Assembly: GCA_973895155.1 (NCBI GenBank)
Contig: OZ316893.1
Span: 5,842,171 to 5,906,170, forward strand
Length of the DNA stretch: 64,000 nt
DNA from: Marsupella aquatica
Lineage: Eukaryota > Plantae > Marchantiophyta
Reading direction: 5' to 3'
Positions 1 to 14,033 of this stretch are shown here, piece by piece. Both the position numbers and the translations under genes were made by a program. The number at the start of each line of letters is the position of its first letter. Positions within the stretch are counted from its first letter, which is position 1. A model generated the notes under the pieces. That model did not search any database. It saw only the letters and a program-made list of their open reading frames with translations, and had not been told where the DNA came from.

Positions 1-3000
1 TGTTGTGATTAAGATCTAGCTGCAGACTTGTGCATACAGCCTGATTACCCATACTTGAATGTAAAAAGAGATGATCGAGGAAGAAAAAACCCTTGCAGAA
101 AAAACGCTTCAATGCTATTTCCTGTCCATCTCTACCCCATCCCTTTGTTTTGTCTGCACCCTCACTTTCAACTCCCTTACAGTCATGGTCTACAGGTTCA
201 CTCTAGGCCATAGGCCCAAGGAATATGCCCTTGGTTAGAGTCATGGTCAGAGTCTTCACTCTAGACAGTAGACTCACTGAGTAGCTTTTGATTACCCTTT
301 ATTAGTTAGATGTCTCCAAGCAAGTGAGTTTCAAACTGAAATTTAGTAATTAAACACTTTATTTGCTTTTGGGTAGAGCAGGTAGGCCGTTGGCCATTTG
401 CACTAAGTAAGTTTTACTTTTTAGTTCATGTGAACTTCCAACTCACTTTCCCTTCACGTACACTTGTTAATTAATAGATTTGGACTCAAAATTTTTCAAC
501 CCTTACTCAGTTTGTGCGTTGGGCTGATTTTTAAGATGGAAGCACTGGGTGTCCAGTTAAACTGTTAAGGAGTTTTGGCAAGCTTGCCACATGGTCACCT
601 TTCACTAATCACAAAAGTACATCAACGGTAGAGCATTGGGGTGGTAGCGGATCATTTATTCTGGACATTCAAGGAAAAACAATTGTTCGCAACAAGCCAG
701 GGGTTACAGGTAGTCACACACCATCTTGCATCCAACCATTCAATCTCTCAACTGATAAACCTCATTGAGTATCAAGCCTTAGTTTGGTGATGAATGTTTG
801 CTAACTAAGTCAACATTCTCCTCTCTCATATTGAGACAAAGTATGATGACACTAGTTCCATGCCAACCATGACAGTGATTCTTGTAGATTGGGATTGTTA
901 AAGATTTTTGCTATCAAATGATGATCTCTTAACTCAAAAATTGTTCTTCAATATAAAGTACAACTCAACGGCAGCCGAGTGCACAAACTAAGACATTGCC
1001 CTCAATAATTTAATGTTCTGCAACCTTTCCATGTACTAGGTAGTTTAGTGAAGCAGCACTGTCACTAGTCAAAGAGGATCCATAGTGACAAGGTTACATC
1101 CATGATCACTGTCCTATTTATGCAACAAAACCAGAATGATTTCTTGAAAGGGCCTCACACAAACTGAGGCAACATCCTGGCAATAAACGGACAATGAATA
1201 CTTATAGAAATCTTGATATACCCAAGGCCAAGTAAGACTTCAGTATCACTTTAATTGGAACCGATCCTGAAGGACGGTATAATTGTTAGCACCAGGGAGC
1301 GATGAGTTATTGTTTGAATACAATGTGCATATAAAAGCACCATCTTTTAAGGAAATATTTAGTCAACTTGGGTGAATGAAAGTACTACGAGCAGTCATCT
1401 TAATTTGGCAACAACCATTGGTCCCAAACTGCTTCCAATGAAGAACAAGAACTCAATTATGGAAACTATAAGTTTATTCTCGACAAGTGTGACTTGAGGA
1501 TCACCACACCCAAGAACCACTCAAGACAAAAGGATGTATTGTCATTGTTGGTCCTCGTGGTTTATATTTCCTTGTGATTGGAGTTGGTAATCAGTAAGCC
1601 CTGTTACTTGAAACAGAGCTTAGCGGAAACTCCTTTTCTCTCGTAGAAGGCTAATATGCGCTAATAATGAGTCCATGGTACTAAGAGCACTTATACATAC
1701 AAACCAAGTAGTGGACCATTCCAAAGTCTAAAACCTGGAAAGGCATTCCTCCCCAACCGGAAGAGGTCAATTGAGGTACTGAGGTTTTCTTTATGAAAGC
1801 GGGAAAGCTGCTGTAGTCCACATGTACAAATTGCGCTGAGTTTGTGAGGTATGGGAATGGGATTTCTAGTCAAATAGTGCAACAGGGAAATATCTGACAA
1901 CGGTCAAGATCTCAATCCCATAGTACAAACAGGATATTGAGCGCAGCAAAAAGTGTTTTTCAGAGTTGTTAGGAGGGGGGCCTCTTTGAAAGCCAATGTT
2001 TTTTGGGAATCCAGCACGCATCAACTTGTGTGGCTTGGCCGGTGGGGGTCTACTTGCAGTGGAGTGGAGAAAATAACAAGCAAAGTACACTGATGTATTT
2101 AATAATTATGTTCTGTTGAACTAACCCCAAAGTCAAGACTATCAATTTCTACTGATCCACCAGGGAGAGCAGGGCAGACGGGTGATGGTTCTCGGATAGA
2201 ATCGTTGATGGATGCTTTCTCAAATTAAGGCTATGGCCGGCGATTTCTGGCTCAAACACGTAGAGGCAACTTAAGCAGTATTCTGCAGCGAGCGATCAGT
2301 AATCTAAGGATCTGACCTGAACAGAGATTGCCAAAGTTCTCTAGAGTAATTTCTACCATAGTACGTGCTGAATGAATCGGGAAGCAGCCAGGATGATCGA
2401 CCAAGAACTCATGGCGATTGGAAGGCCAACAATAGACTGACAATGATGGAAGGGAACTCACAGGCATGGAGAATAACGGAAGTGTATGAATAGTTACTAA
2501 AAAATATACTCTAGGTTGAAAAGTTATGCTCGCAGTATTACTTGGAGCACAAATATTCTAAACATTTGCTAAGATTCCATTAAGACTATCCAGCTTTTAT
2601 TTCGAAACAAGGGATTGGAATCAATTGTTTGCTGATTTTGAACACCCCTTGTTTACATGTACAGTAGGAAGAAAAAGATGCTGTGCCGGAAACAGTGCCT
2701 ACCATGCATTTTCTTTATTACGGTCATGGCCATGCGCTGACTACAGAAGGGTCCTGTACCCATAGAGAGAAAGTCCCTAACGCAAATATAATTCGTTGCT
2801 GGAAAAGCGGGCCTGAGCACGGGCGGCGATGGGGTTTCCCAGACGCAAATGCATTCACGAAGTTGCAGTTTTATCCATCCAGATCGGAGGCTCAGCTGGC
2901 CTTGCGCACCGTGCTGAACAGTTGGAAGCACAAGTCCAAACCCCGGCGGAATAAAGTACAGCCTGCGCACCTTTGGCGCTGCCAGCTCAATCCTCGTCGG

Positions 3001-3403
3001 ATCGTACCTACCCAAGTTGTTGCTCACATCTCAGTCAGGCAAACCTTATTAGGGACTCCCAGCGTTGATCCGGCTCTCCAGATCACTCTGTGTTTCTTCG
3101 TTGAATGGCTCGTCTGTGAGCTCCTCGTCGATCTCATTCTGGATTTCCGAAGCCAGGTCTCCGTATCACTGTGGATTTCTAGTAAGAATTGTACGTAGGC
3201 TTGGGCGTAAACGTGTGCAGAAGAAGGCTTCGACGACCTTTGACGAGATTGAAATGAGAGTCTACGTACGAACCTAGAGGATTCTCTTGTATGATCGAAG
3301 TGATATTATGAATAGGATTCAGGCGAGGGCTAGAGATCGATCGATCATATAGATCGAAGGTTCAGGATTTGGATAGAAGCCCATTAATGCGGCAGCTCGG
3401 AGT

Positions 3404-4054
3404 ATGCACAATTCGTGTCGAGAGGAAGACATGGACGACATGTACAATCGTAAGAAGAGAACAGCACGAAAAATCGCTCAGATAAGGATACCGAAGAAAG
3501 GTCTCGCGGATTTGGAAGAGGACGCTTGCACTGTGGTGATCCCGCAACCATTGAATGTAGTGGATCAAGAGGCAGACTCTCAAGATCATTTCGAGCCTGA
3601 GGAATTTACGGCGCTCGAAAGCAGGTCTGAATCGCCAGAAGGGATGGGATCTGCCGAACGGTCGGTCTTGGGAGAGGGCAAGGAGAAGGCCCAATCTAAG
3701 TGCGCTCGAGATGCGAATCTTGCCCAGGGAACGCAATCTTGTGGTGGAAAGACGATTCGAGTAGTGATCTCCAGACAGCAGTTGGCGAAGCTCTTGGCGG
3801 AAGGGTCCATCAAGAATTCATCCGGTTGCAAGTCGCTGCTGCCACCCTCGCCAAGCAACGGACGGCTTGTCGGCATGGCGGAGATAATCAGTAATGCCAT
3901 GAAAATGACACAAAGCCCTGGGTGTCCATGGTCACCTAAACTTGACACCATAACCGAGGCTCCTCTTCTGTTAACGAGATCGCCTGTCATAACCAGAAAT
4001 TGTGAAGCAGTGGCGAATTTGTTGCAGAAGTCCCAAGAAGTAAAACCGTTTTGA
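3404..4054 (+). CDS. Intronless plant protein with DUF4228/PADRE-like C-terminal motifs
   Basis: 216-aa ATG ORF. It contains TIRVVISRQQLAKLL and WSPKLDTITE, resembling the 'v.vvIskqqL..LL' and 'W.P.L..I.E' motifs of DUF4228-type proteins. The typical MGN N-terminus is not seen. Confidence 0.45.
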   Translation: MHNSCREEDMDDMYNRKKRTARKIAQIRIPKKGLADLEEDACTVVIPQPLNVVDQEADSQDHFEPEEFTALESRSESPEGMGSAERSVLGEGKEKAQSKCARDANLAQGTQSCGGKTIRVVISRQQLAKLLAEGSIKNSSGCKSLLPPSPSNGRLVGMAEIISNAMKMTQSPGCPWSPKLDTITEAPLLLTRSPVITRNCEAVANLLQKSQEVKPF

Positions 4055-7000
4055 AGTTAGCATAATATAGAGAATTCCTGTAGGTAGAGGTTGCATATTC
4101 CCAGACATTTGGTAGGATTGAATGGGTCAGGAACGCTAGGTCAGCACGTACTGTGTCAAGTTTGTTTTCTATTGGGCTATCGAATATCCCCGATGGTAAT
4201 GAACTTAATTGGAGCACTTTCGACGTACAGTCTCGATCTCGAAGCAAATATCTCTCGATCGGTGAAACGCAATCCAGTGCCACTAGATCATGCCGAGATG
4301 ACGCCATTTCCAAGGAGCAAGTCTCATTGAGAGGGACGGCGTCATACGACTGCCGGATTGTGACCCAGAGATTTCGAAGGTTCCAAGCGGAACCGCTCTA
4401 GACACCTGAGGACCACTTGATTACCGAACGCCATGGATTCGATCGGGATCGACAAGTTGCCGAAAATCATTAACGAATTGATCAAATGGAATCGGGATCT
4501 GCTGATTAATAGAGACAATTCTGCTTGCAACAACTGATGGTGCGCGCCACTGATTTTTTTGTTTTGTATTGTAGGAAGCTTCTCGATTAAATAGTTACGA
4601 TGCTAGTATTGAAACATCATCTGCGTCGACTCAAACGTAATTTGCAGGTTGTACAAAATGCCATTTCTCTGAAAATGCTATTCAGCAGATTGTGCCCTCG
4701 TCGAAAATTCGGGTGTTTCTGTCGATCGATGACAGAGTTGAATTCGGCAATGAATCATCTGTAAAGCACTGTAAAGCAAAATTAAGGTGCTGCAGGATAC
4801 CGAGTGTCAGTTCCTAGGTAGAGATATTTAACTTCCTTCCTGTCTTGACTCCCAACCATCACCTCTCGCCCCGTAGGTGAACAGGATCGAAATAGTGCAT
4901 TTCTGTACACCTATTTAGAGATAGCCTGCACGGTCGAGGTGCTAGTGAAGGGAAGGGAAGAGAAGATGATAAAAATGGGCTACTTTACTGTAATACAGTT
5001 TGTCAACAGTCGACGCAAAATTGCACGAGTCTCAGTGTTGTAAATTCATAATTCTAAAAGGCTTGAATGTCTTATCGCAGTCCGAAGACCAATTTCATCC
5101 TGAATACACCGAACGTATAATTTGGATGTGACTTCGATGGCACAGTTAATTTGCCACTCTGCAAGCCGGCTGCCCCTTGAGTCACCTACAAATGCATAGA
5201 AACAAGTGCGAGCGGAACTCGTAAAATTTCAAACACAAGAGGAATAAGAAAAACATTTGCCGCATAAGCGCCAACGATGTTGTCTTGGTTTGTCATTGCG
5301 ATCGAAGTTTGCTGAAGCGAAGTTTTCATCGCATTCCTTACATTGTTCTAGCAATTATCTTAGAAATGTGTTTCAAGTAAGCTAGAAGCGGTGATTACAT
5401 GGTAATAAAGTCAAGTAGGCCTAATAATCTTAGCAAGTACATCTCATCGCACTCAGACCTGGGGCAGGGGATTTTCAGCAAAATTTGTAGTCCAGAGGTG
5501 CAGCGCCGAGGTCAGCAGGGAAGTATATTGATCCTGTAATCTGCCCGATTCGACCTTTTGAAACTGGGTTCTATAAGTTTTATAATTAAGCGAGATCAAC
5601 AATTTCGTGCATATTTTGAACCTTCAATATGTCTGAATTGGATGAAATTTCTGTCTATAAGCATCCGAGTTTGAGCCGCAGTGCACGTACACTTCGTATT
5701 GCATGGTCTGTACTCTTGCCCGAATCTAGGTACCCCAGCAGACTTCGTATTCTAAGATCTGTACTCTTGGTCAGGTGAAAATCTCATAGATTTGAATAAT
5801 TTCTGTGGACAGCATGCATGCACTTCGCAATATGTTTAGTTTTCCATCAAAAGACGTATTTGTAACCAAAACTACGCCCCGAACTACGCAGAGTGATCGA
5901 TTGGGTTCCCCATCAAGAGTACGGGTCCTAGCTTGTTGGTGAGCTTGCTTATTGATTTCTTCGATGTACGCACATACTTGGAATCAACAATGATATGCCT
6001 GGACCAGCTCCAGATCAGAGCTGTTGGTGGCTTGACTTCAATATTGATGGACTGGGAACGTAAACCGGAGTTCGGAATATAATTTAAATCTAATTTGCAT
6101 GTCCTGGGCACTGTTTGACGCACGATCAGATGGCATGGGGTCGACAGTCACCAATTAACTGCCGTGATCAAGGGCTTTCGATAGTAAGATTTCACCAATC
6201 ACTTCGTTCTGTTTCTCCAAAAACTGCTGTAGAGGGGAACTCGGTTTGTCTCAGGGTTTATGCATGAAAACCATCTCCCACAAAATCTCTGTCATGTCGG
6301 TTGTTGCTCAGCTGCCCGATTCGGTCCCTGCTAAATTCAGTTACGAGTTCCGTGAGGCACTGGTTTAAGCTTGTACTCTTGTATGACTTCGTCAAAATCC
6401 ATTTCTCTTCCTCCAAAACGTATGAAATGGAATTCTTTAGACACTTACATTTAGCCAGATTGATTGGATCTAAATCCCTCTTTTTATGTTTTCATAACTT
6501 GGGCATGCGACCAATCATTCAGCAAATGCTGCTGTCCGGGGTCCACCATCTTTGCAAGAGTTGGATACAGTTCAAGGGTGTCCACACCTTTATTTAAGTT
6601 CAACGCTCGATTTAGGGTAACAGATACTGTTTTCCAATTATATGAGACGGAGGCAAAGAGTAGACCTGGCCGCGGGATTTCATTTACTAGAAAACGTGCT
6701 ACCAGACCAGTCATCTCCAGAATTTGATGCTAAAAATATACCTTAGGCATAAAACTTGACTACAGTACATTGACCCGAACTGAGTTTGAAAGCTGCAATT
6801 TGGGTCTGACCCGCAAGACAGTCGATTCCAGCTGCAGCCTGGCCTTAACAATAAAGAATATTAACGAGAGCCTTTAATGCATTCGAAGCTCTTGAGATCC
6901 GTACGTTCTGCTGATGATTTTTGAACCTCTCCGGCCAAGCACAAAAAACCCAGCGCAAAGTCAAATGAGACGGTCCAACTGAAACAGTCCCTGGTAAAGT

Positions 7001-8902
7001 ACGTAGCGTGCTTAATTGTTGTGGTAATAATACTTCATGCGGGACTTCATGCTGGGGCTCCGACACTTTCCTGAACACCGTAATCTTAATGGACTGTGCA
7101 ATTCAATTAAAAGGTTTAAGTAATAACCATACCATGGACCTCAATGAATAGCTTGAGTGTGATCGGCTGCTATACAGTCACCGCAAGCGAGACACAATTG
7201 TCCCAGCAAAATGCAAACCTTTTACGAACACATGGTATAGTTACCAAAGCAGGAGCCAGACTCGTGAACAGGAGGTAGGAAACATTGACTGACATACTAG
7301 CTATTCACAAAATTTATATGATTGTAATTTTCCCGTCCTCACAGTGATTATTTATGGGCTTCCCACAGGATTCCAAGGTTCTGAACCGAAAATTTCTACA
7401 GCAATCTTCGTGAAATCCAACCGACTCCGATGATATACAGTATGGAACTGTTTCAACAGTATTACACGTGCAATTTTCTAGTAACGGGACATTCAAACTG
7501 GGTTGTGCCCTATTATTCGAGCTACATGCTTAGTTAATGCCTGTAATGCTTGGTGTTGTACACTTGAGATTTTCTGAGTACTGTAGTTCCTCCTGAGTAA
7601 AATTAATAACCTCCAGTACCTGTAGAATGGGCTTTCATTGTCCTCGGGATTGTCCTGTTCTTCAGCTGACACAGACACAGCTCCCGACACTGCAGCTTTG
7701 ATTGAGAGACTAAATAACTGGTTCTAGTCTCATGGAAATTCGAAGTGCAGATTGATAAGGTGGGAGTCACCCAGTGCAAATAGAGTAAACGTGGATTTAT
7801 TTGACATTCAACCTGTTTGTGTGACCCACATTACGGACTGGTGTCTGGCAAAGAGTGGGTTGCATTTTGATTTGTCGGATAGCAGCGTCTGATTTTTGTT
7901 ATCATGCACTTTTGCAGTAATTAAGTTGGACGCGCAATAGCCCTGATCTCGATTCAGAATCTCTGACAAGAAATACCTTAATATATATATGTCGATCATG
8001 CCAGGGTGCGGTCTGCAGGTTGCTATATGAGGATCACCATAAGGTGATATTATCGAAAATTCTCAGTCGTAGGTGACGAGTGATGAGAGGAAAAAAAAGG
8101 CTTCGACAGCTTGGCTTCATCAGTTCTAGCTCGTCGAGCTGATCTCGAGGAAAACGCAGTCCGATCTATTATGAGAGATGCACTTTGAAACAATTGAAGC
8201 ATAAATTCTAGGTTTCACAAATTTCTTTCCCTGCTCCCTATATATTATGGAATGGTATGTCTGAGATAACGTTTCTGTCCAAGACTAAACGGTGGCTGCT
8301 CTAAAAGATTTTCCAAAGAGTCTTCCCAGCGGCAAAATATATTCTCTCCGATTCGAAGCATATATACAATGCGGGACAAACTATGAACATTTAATTTCAT
8401 CACGGCCGTTCTAGTATTAATTGCAAGCGGTCAACGGAAATTAACTTAAGCAAAAGTCGACGTCCTCCTTGTGGGATCGAGAAATAGTTGTCGCAGAGTT
8501 CTACGCTATTCAATAAATACATATTACTTGATCATGTCGGTCGATTGTTCAGAAGTGTGTTGATCTCTGTAACTATCTGCCCAATTCTAAAGTGTGTTGA
8601 TCTCGGCAACCATATATCTGAACATCTCTCCACACCATATTCATAATTGTTAATATTTTCTATTCTTGCTCACTTCTGTAGAACATATCTATCCTATCGC
8701 AACTGAACGTAACAACACGATTCACCAGAATTTCTCATTTACTTGGAAGTTTTTATTATGATGCGATCGACACGCTTCAATTTGTACAAGTTTTAAACAT
8801 CTAGAAAGCTATTCACAAATATTTATCATAGGCAACACCGGTGCAGTGATCGAGCTTGGGTCTATTCGTGAAGACTAACTGCACATTATCACGAAAGGCT
8901 AA

Positions 8903-10486
8903 TTAAGCTAGCAATAACTCCTGCGTGTACTTGTATTGACGCTTCCTGGGGGGCCTTTGTAAGACCTCATAGTCATTGTCATTGTCATTGTCACTGTCAC
9001 TGTCTCCATCCACCTCAGTGTTCCCAAAATCTATCCTCGTGCTGAACTGAGACCCCCTCAGTCGACCTCTAGCACGTCGAGCTATCCTCGGGATATATCT
9101 GTCCTCGTCGCTCCATGGTGAAAGGTCCAATTTGCCAACCGCGGGCTGTGAAGCATTCATTGAATTGCCAAAGTCGATGTTAGTCAATGATCCATACACG
9201 GTCCCCACTATTTTTGAGAGTCTGTCCTCGCTGGATTCACCCCTATACTCTAGATGATTTACATCATGTCCTGTCATACCAGACAGTTCTTGTTCGCTGG
9301 AATCATTCTGACAGTCGAAAGCACTCATCTTCACAAGCTGGCAGGCTGCTAAAATTTCCGCCACGTCAAAACTCTCTATATAAGGAAATTTACTAGATAT
9401 TAAGGTGTCCAGACTAGCGTTTCCACTATGCTCAAGTTGCAACATTCGTCCCACGACGTCCTTCTCTGATACGAACGAGGACGGCATGTTGGGGCAATCC
9501 TTATCCAGTTCGTCCCCAATGTCAGTGCTACCTTCAGTACAACCAGTCAGTCGATTGTCCAAATCTCTGCTCATGTCCACCGGCACCCAAGAGTAGTCTT
9601 CAACTTCTGGACTCCAGTTCCGATTCTCGTTGCAAGAGTTGAACGTCTCTTCCCTCCTTGTCTGGTGCTTAGGTTGATCCTCCAAGTCCTCGTGGCTGCT
9701 GCTTCCTAGCTCACCTAGATCGTCATTAATCGTTCGACGACATCCCTTGACGACATTTCCGCACCGGGGAGAAAATTCATATTTACTTTGTCTACACTGG
9801 CCTTTCAGGTCACATACCTTCTCGTGATCCTCCTCGCTGGATCGCTCTTCGGGTCGCTCTTCTGCTTGGTCATTCCACGCGTGCTCCTGCGACTGCCGAT
9901 CCCCACTTGATGTCTGGGCCGAATTATGCAGACATCTAGGTTCATCTTTCTGAACTGCTAACGGCGCGACAAACCTAGCTATAAATCTCCGCACTGCAAC
10001 GCCCGGAAGAGAACGTCGCGCTTCCACCCGACCAGACTGCTTTCGTTGCCCGCAGTTCTGCTCCCCTTGCCCACAGATCTGCTCCCCTCGCATATGTGCC
10101 AGAGCTCTCCATTCTCGACGTAGAACTTCTCTATCCAATTTATCCAACTCACCCGGTCCGGAAGCCAAGTGTGGGCAAGTCGGCTCCTCCACTATTCCAG
10201 ATCTCTGTGCGGGATCTTCCCGTGATATTTGACGCTGCTTCGACCGCTCTCCATTGTCTAATGTCCGTGCAACCACATCAGCGGGTGGAGCGGCCAAAGT
10301 ATGAGTATAAAGCTGTGCAGGCCTAGGAGCATCCAAACTAGCCCATGGCGACAAATTATCCACACGCGTTGATTCCGCGGAGTCTATTTGTAGGGAGACA
10401 TAAAGATCGATGCCCGAGTAACACCAGATCGGTTTTTGCTCCGCATCTAGGGCGACGGAGTGTTCCACCACGGTCGTGGAATTCAT
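8903..10486 (-). CDS. Intronless, largely disordered putative nuclear protein (AAxQLxxMS helix, basic C-terminal motif)
   Basis: 527-aa ATG ORF, the longest in the window. Acidic, low-complexity middle; ILAACQLVKMS; KLDLS (EAR-like); D/N repeat; C-terminal RPPRKRQYKY basic motif. The family cannot be named from sequence alone. Confidence 0.55.
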   Translation of the reverse strand: MNSTTVVEHSVALDAEQKPIWCYSGIDLYVSLQIDSAESTRVDNLSPWASLDAPRPAQLYTHTLAAPPADVVARTLDNGERSKQRQISREDPAQRSGIVEEPTCPHLASGPGELDKLDREVLRREWRALAHMRGEQICGQGEQNCGQRKQSGRVEARRSLPGVAVRRFIARFVAPLAVQKDEPRCLHNSAQTSSGDRQSQEHAWNDQAEERPEERSSEEDHEKVCDLKGQCRQSKYEFSPRCGNVVKGCRRTINDDLGELGSSSHEDLEDQPKHQTRREETFNSCNENRNWSPEVEDYSWVPVDMSRDLDNRLTGCTEGSTDIGDELDKDCPNMPSSFVSEKDVVGRMLQLEHSGNASLDTLISSKFPYIESFDVAEILAACQLVKMSAFDCQNDSSEQELSGMTGHDVNHLEYRGESSEDRLSKIVGTVYGSLTNIDFGNSMNASQPAVGKLDLSPWSDEDRYIPRIARRARGRLRGSQFSTRIDFGNTEVDGDSDSDNDNDNDYEVLQRPPRKRQYKYTQELLLA

Positions 10487-12427
10487 CTAGGTTACCACCG
10501 TCGGTCCCTCGATTTGTGTATTGCAATCGATCAGCTCGGCTAGATAGAGAGATTTGTAATCGCTCTGCGAAGCATATCAAATGAGCCGTGAGAGGCACTC
10601 GACTGATCAGACGTGCACCGCAAAACAACTGTAAGGGGAACCATTCAGACTCGTCAATGCAAATCTCTTCATGGCCGCTTTGGCACAATCGCTCAGATCA
10701 GTGCTACAAGCCCTTCAAACTTGTGCTAGTTCCCGCCATGAAATATTATTCAAACTTGTAAAAGTACTCGCAAGCATGCACTGCAGACCTATGGCAGACG
10801 GAGGTTCGTCCCACAAAAACTATTTAAAATATCACCACGTCTCTCTTCCTACCCACCAATGGAATATAGAATTCAAAATGAATTTAAATCTCGTACGTTA
10901 CTTCAAATATCTTCAGGTAGATTTTCATGGGCTTTTTAACTGCAGCTGGCGAGAGAAAACGTAATTAAAGTCTCCGTCATGACCAGTACTGGTGTTAATG
11001 CCAAGTCCGACACATGTTCTCGTCTTGGAGGATCGAATGTTGGAAACCCTAACGCTTTCCTCGCTGGTCTGAAGCACTATTTTTTCCTTATGAGAGTCTA
11101 TAGAAACAACTGGCGATGGCGAACAAAAAACTGGCCTGCATGTCTGGCGCGATCTACACGACAGGACGGTAAAAACTAAAGAGAAACAAAGGATGGCTGC
11201 AAGATCGAGGGAGAAGAAACCTGTACCTCTCTTGGCCGGTTGTACGTCGCGCGACCTATTGCGCACTAGCTTCTCTGCACCAATCTGCCATCAAAAGATC
11301 TCTATCCTGCTCCTAAAACGCGTCTCCCTGAGAGCAAGCCACCTGAGAGCAAGCCACTTTGTGCGCGGCCGCAGACTACAACGCGGTCAAATTTGCGACT
11401 AACGAGTGAGTGCGGAATCAGTTCTGATTCGTATATCTGCGGCCCCCATGCCGATTATCACCTGCCATTCCAATCTTCACAAGCACGAAACGATAGCTAT
11501 CACTGCACGGCCCAATAAACATCGTCCGACGACAAACCCTAACCCTAAACAATACAACCCTTGCTTCACGAGCACTCGATCTCGATGTCGACCTCTCCTC
11601 GTGAACTCGACGAGACTTGAATTGAAGAACGTTCACCCCCAACCCAATTCCTCGCTCCAAGATCCAATTACTTCCCCTAGTATACCTTCTCGGTCGAGAA
11701 GAACTGGCCTAACCTTCCCATGACTTTACTCACGCGACATTCCTTTCAGTCAGATCGTTACTTTCGAGACTCTCCGAAAATCCCAAGCTCCTCCTCGATC
11801 CGTTGTACTCCATGGTTCCCTCTCCACCGTGCCCTTGTGCAGCAGTCCTGTACTACCCTCTCTATATTGTCCGATCTACTCGACCTCTGCTCGATCGCCG
11901 AACCGGAAGCTGTCAAATAAAACTGCGGTGGAGGAGTACGTTCGCCCATAAAATACATCGCTATGGATTGGGAAAATAATGAGGAACCTGAAGACTCGGT
12001 GGGACCAGAGGGTGGCTACAAAAGCCAACAGTCCGAAATGAGGAAAATACAGTAGATTCAGCTCTTATCCACCGGATAAGATATTTTTCCTCCAGATACT
12101 TCCACGCTGTCTGCCGGAAGAAATGTTTACCACACAATTAATTAATGGACCAAGGCTTATTTTTTGATACGCTCGTGGCTCAGATCGAGGCAGGCGATGT
12201 CATCAGACACAGAGTCAAGCAATTCAAAGCCCTCCACTCGAAGTTGTGCATTAAAAAACTTAAAACAAAGCCAGCTGCCGCTTTATATATGATAAGTCCA
12301 ATTTCTGGTGTTTGGTGAAGCTAGTTGACTCCAACTTTGGGCTTCATTAGAGGGAGAATTGTTTGCCTACATGTATCATCGAGAAACTCCAATTATCATC
12401 TCTCACTGTAGCTTGTCAATCGAGCAG

Positions 12428-12542
12428 TCAAATATTGAATCAGGATCTTGCTTCTGACATTCAGAACGGTATCGATCACCCTGGATGCCTTTTCACCGCA
12501 ATCCAAAATATTGAATCAGGATCTTGCCTGACATTCAGAACG
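12428..12542. repeat. Short direct repeat (~40 bp x2)
   Basis: AAATATTGAATCAGGATCTTGC(TT)CTGACATTCAGAACG occurs at ~12430 and ~12507. Confidence 0.7.
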
Positions 12543-13969
12543 ATTTCACTAGGTCGCAAAGCCACACGCCTGTCCGTATTAATGTTGTGGTCAATCCATT
12601 TGTAAAAGTCGACGCACTAGCTTCCATATTTTCTTCACGTTTCCAGCTCGTCAGGGCCAAATATATTGGGGACAACGGAGGCAAGGTGGGATCGCAATAG
12701 TTTTGAGAGTAAATTAGTGTAATTCTCACGACCAAAATTCGACAGTAGTGAGAAAATTTTGGTCGTAGATCGAATTACTTCTCGTCAGTTTTTACTTGAC
12801 TGACCTTAAAAATATTCATATCGTTAATATATATATTGGTGATCCACTTGCAATGATGTCGCCAGCGTCCTAATCGGATTGACTTTGAGACACGGAGAAA
12901 AGACCACTGGGGACGTCTGGGTCTAACTGGTTAATTATGGAAGACTGAGTCGACTGCAGTAAATGGAGAGACTTAGCCAATGTATCTTGTATTTACGAAT
13001 TTACTGCATTCTGACTTAAAGAAGAAATACGTAGGCACGAAATGCAGAAACTTATGGTAGTTGTTTGGGAACGAGTCTGGTGTACAGCTCTCCAAACTGA
13101 ATCTCAATCCGCCCTTTCAGAGTCATTCTTGAGAGTAATGTTATATACCTGTGAGGGCCTGAAAGAAGGAGTTGCCTCTTGTTCTTTCGTTTTTTGGAAG
13201 AAGTACCTTCCTGTCTTGTTTCCATCGCAGTAAACTTTTTGGCTCGCTAGCTCTTATCGGCATCCGATTAGAGATTGCAACAGTATATATTGTGAACAAT
13301 CTAATCAGTTCCTGGAATTTACTTGGGAAATCCGGGAGCATTTATTGGACTCTCAATTTCTTGGTGACTATAACGCGATTGACAGCCATCCGTAATTTAA
13401 TGTATCGAATCAAATCTCCAAGGATATGGAGCTTTGACTCTTTCTACGACTCAGTATTGGGCCAGGTCCACAACTTTTTATCGTTTCGGTGCTCTTGTGA
13501 GGTCTACTCAAACACCACGTCCTGTCTATATTCGCAGGATATATCATTTCCACATTAACCCGTCGACCCAGCACTGCGGGGGTTGAAGTGTCCAGGTTTT
13601 TAGCTCAACGGTGGACTTCACAATTTATCGGACTCGCCCAGTTGATCGATACTTGAGAGCCCAATTTAATTCGAGTGTTAATTCGCTATTGACCTAGCTC
13701 AAATCGGAAGGGACCTGTCCTGCGCAGGACTTCGGAGACTCAGATGAGGAATGAGTGGCATGGTACAAATGTCGAGCAGGAGCCAGAATCGATCGCTACC
13801 TCGTAGGGGCGTCAAGAGCTAGCTGCACTTCAGGGAACATGAGATTGTGGTAACTTCCATGATGTTAAAGCGCCATAATCTCCAATCCAGCTTCATAGAT
13901 CGATATTGTGATAATTCAAAGGAGGCAAGTTGTTACGTATCTTCTCAACCAATCTAGGCCCCCTTTTTC

Positions 13970-14033
13970 GAACGCACTACTCGAAGAGCCATGACTCGCG
14001 ATCGTTGGTTATGGATCTTCGAGTAGTGCGTTC
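13970..14033. other. 26-bp-stem inverted repeat, candidate miRNA precursor hairpin
   Basis: GAACGCACTACTCGAAGAGCCATGAC (13970-13995) pairs with GTTATGGATCTTCGAGTAGTGCGTTC (14008-14033): one mismatch, one G-U pair, 12-nt loop. Confidence 0.6.

Noticed and set aside
2653-3277. Overlapping 124-171-aa ORFs
   Set aside because: No recognisable motif or splice structure on either strand.
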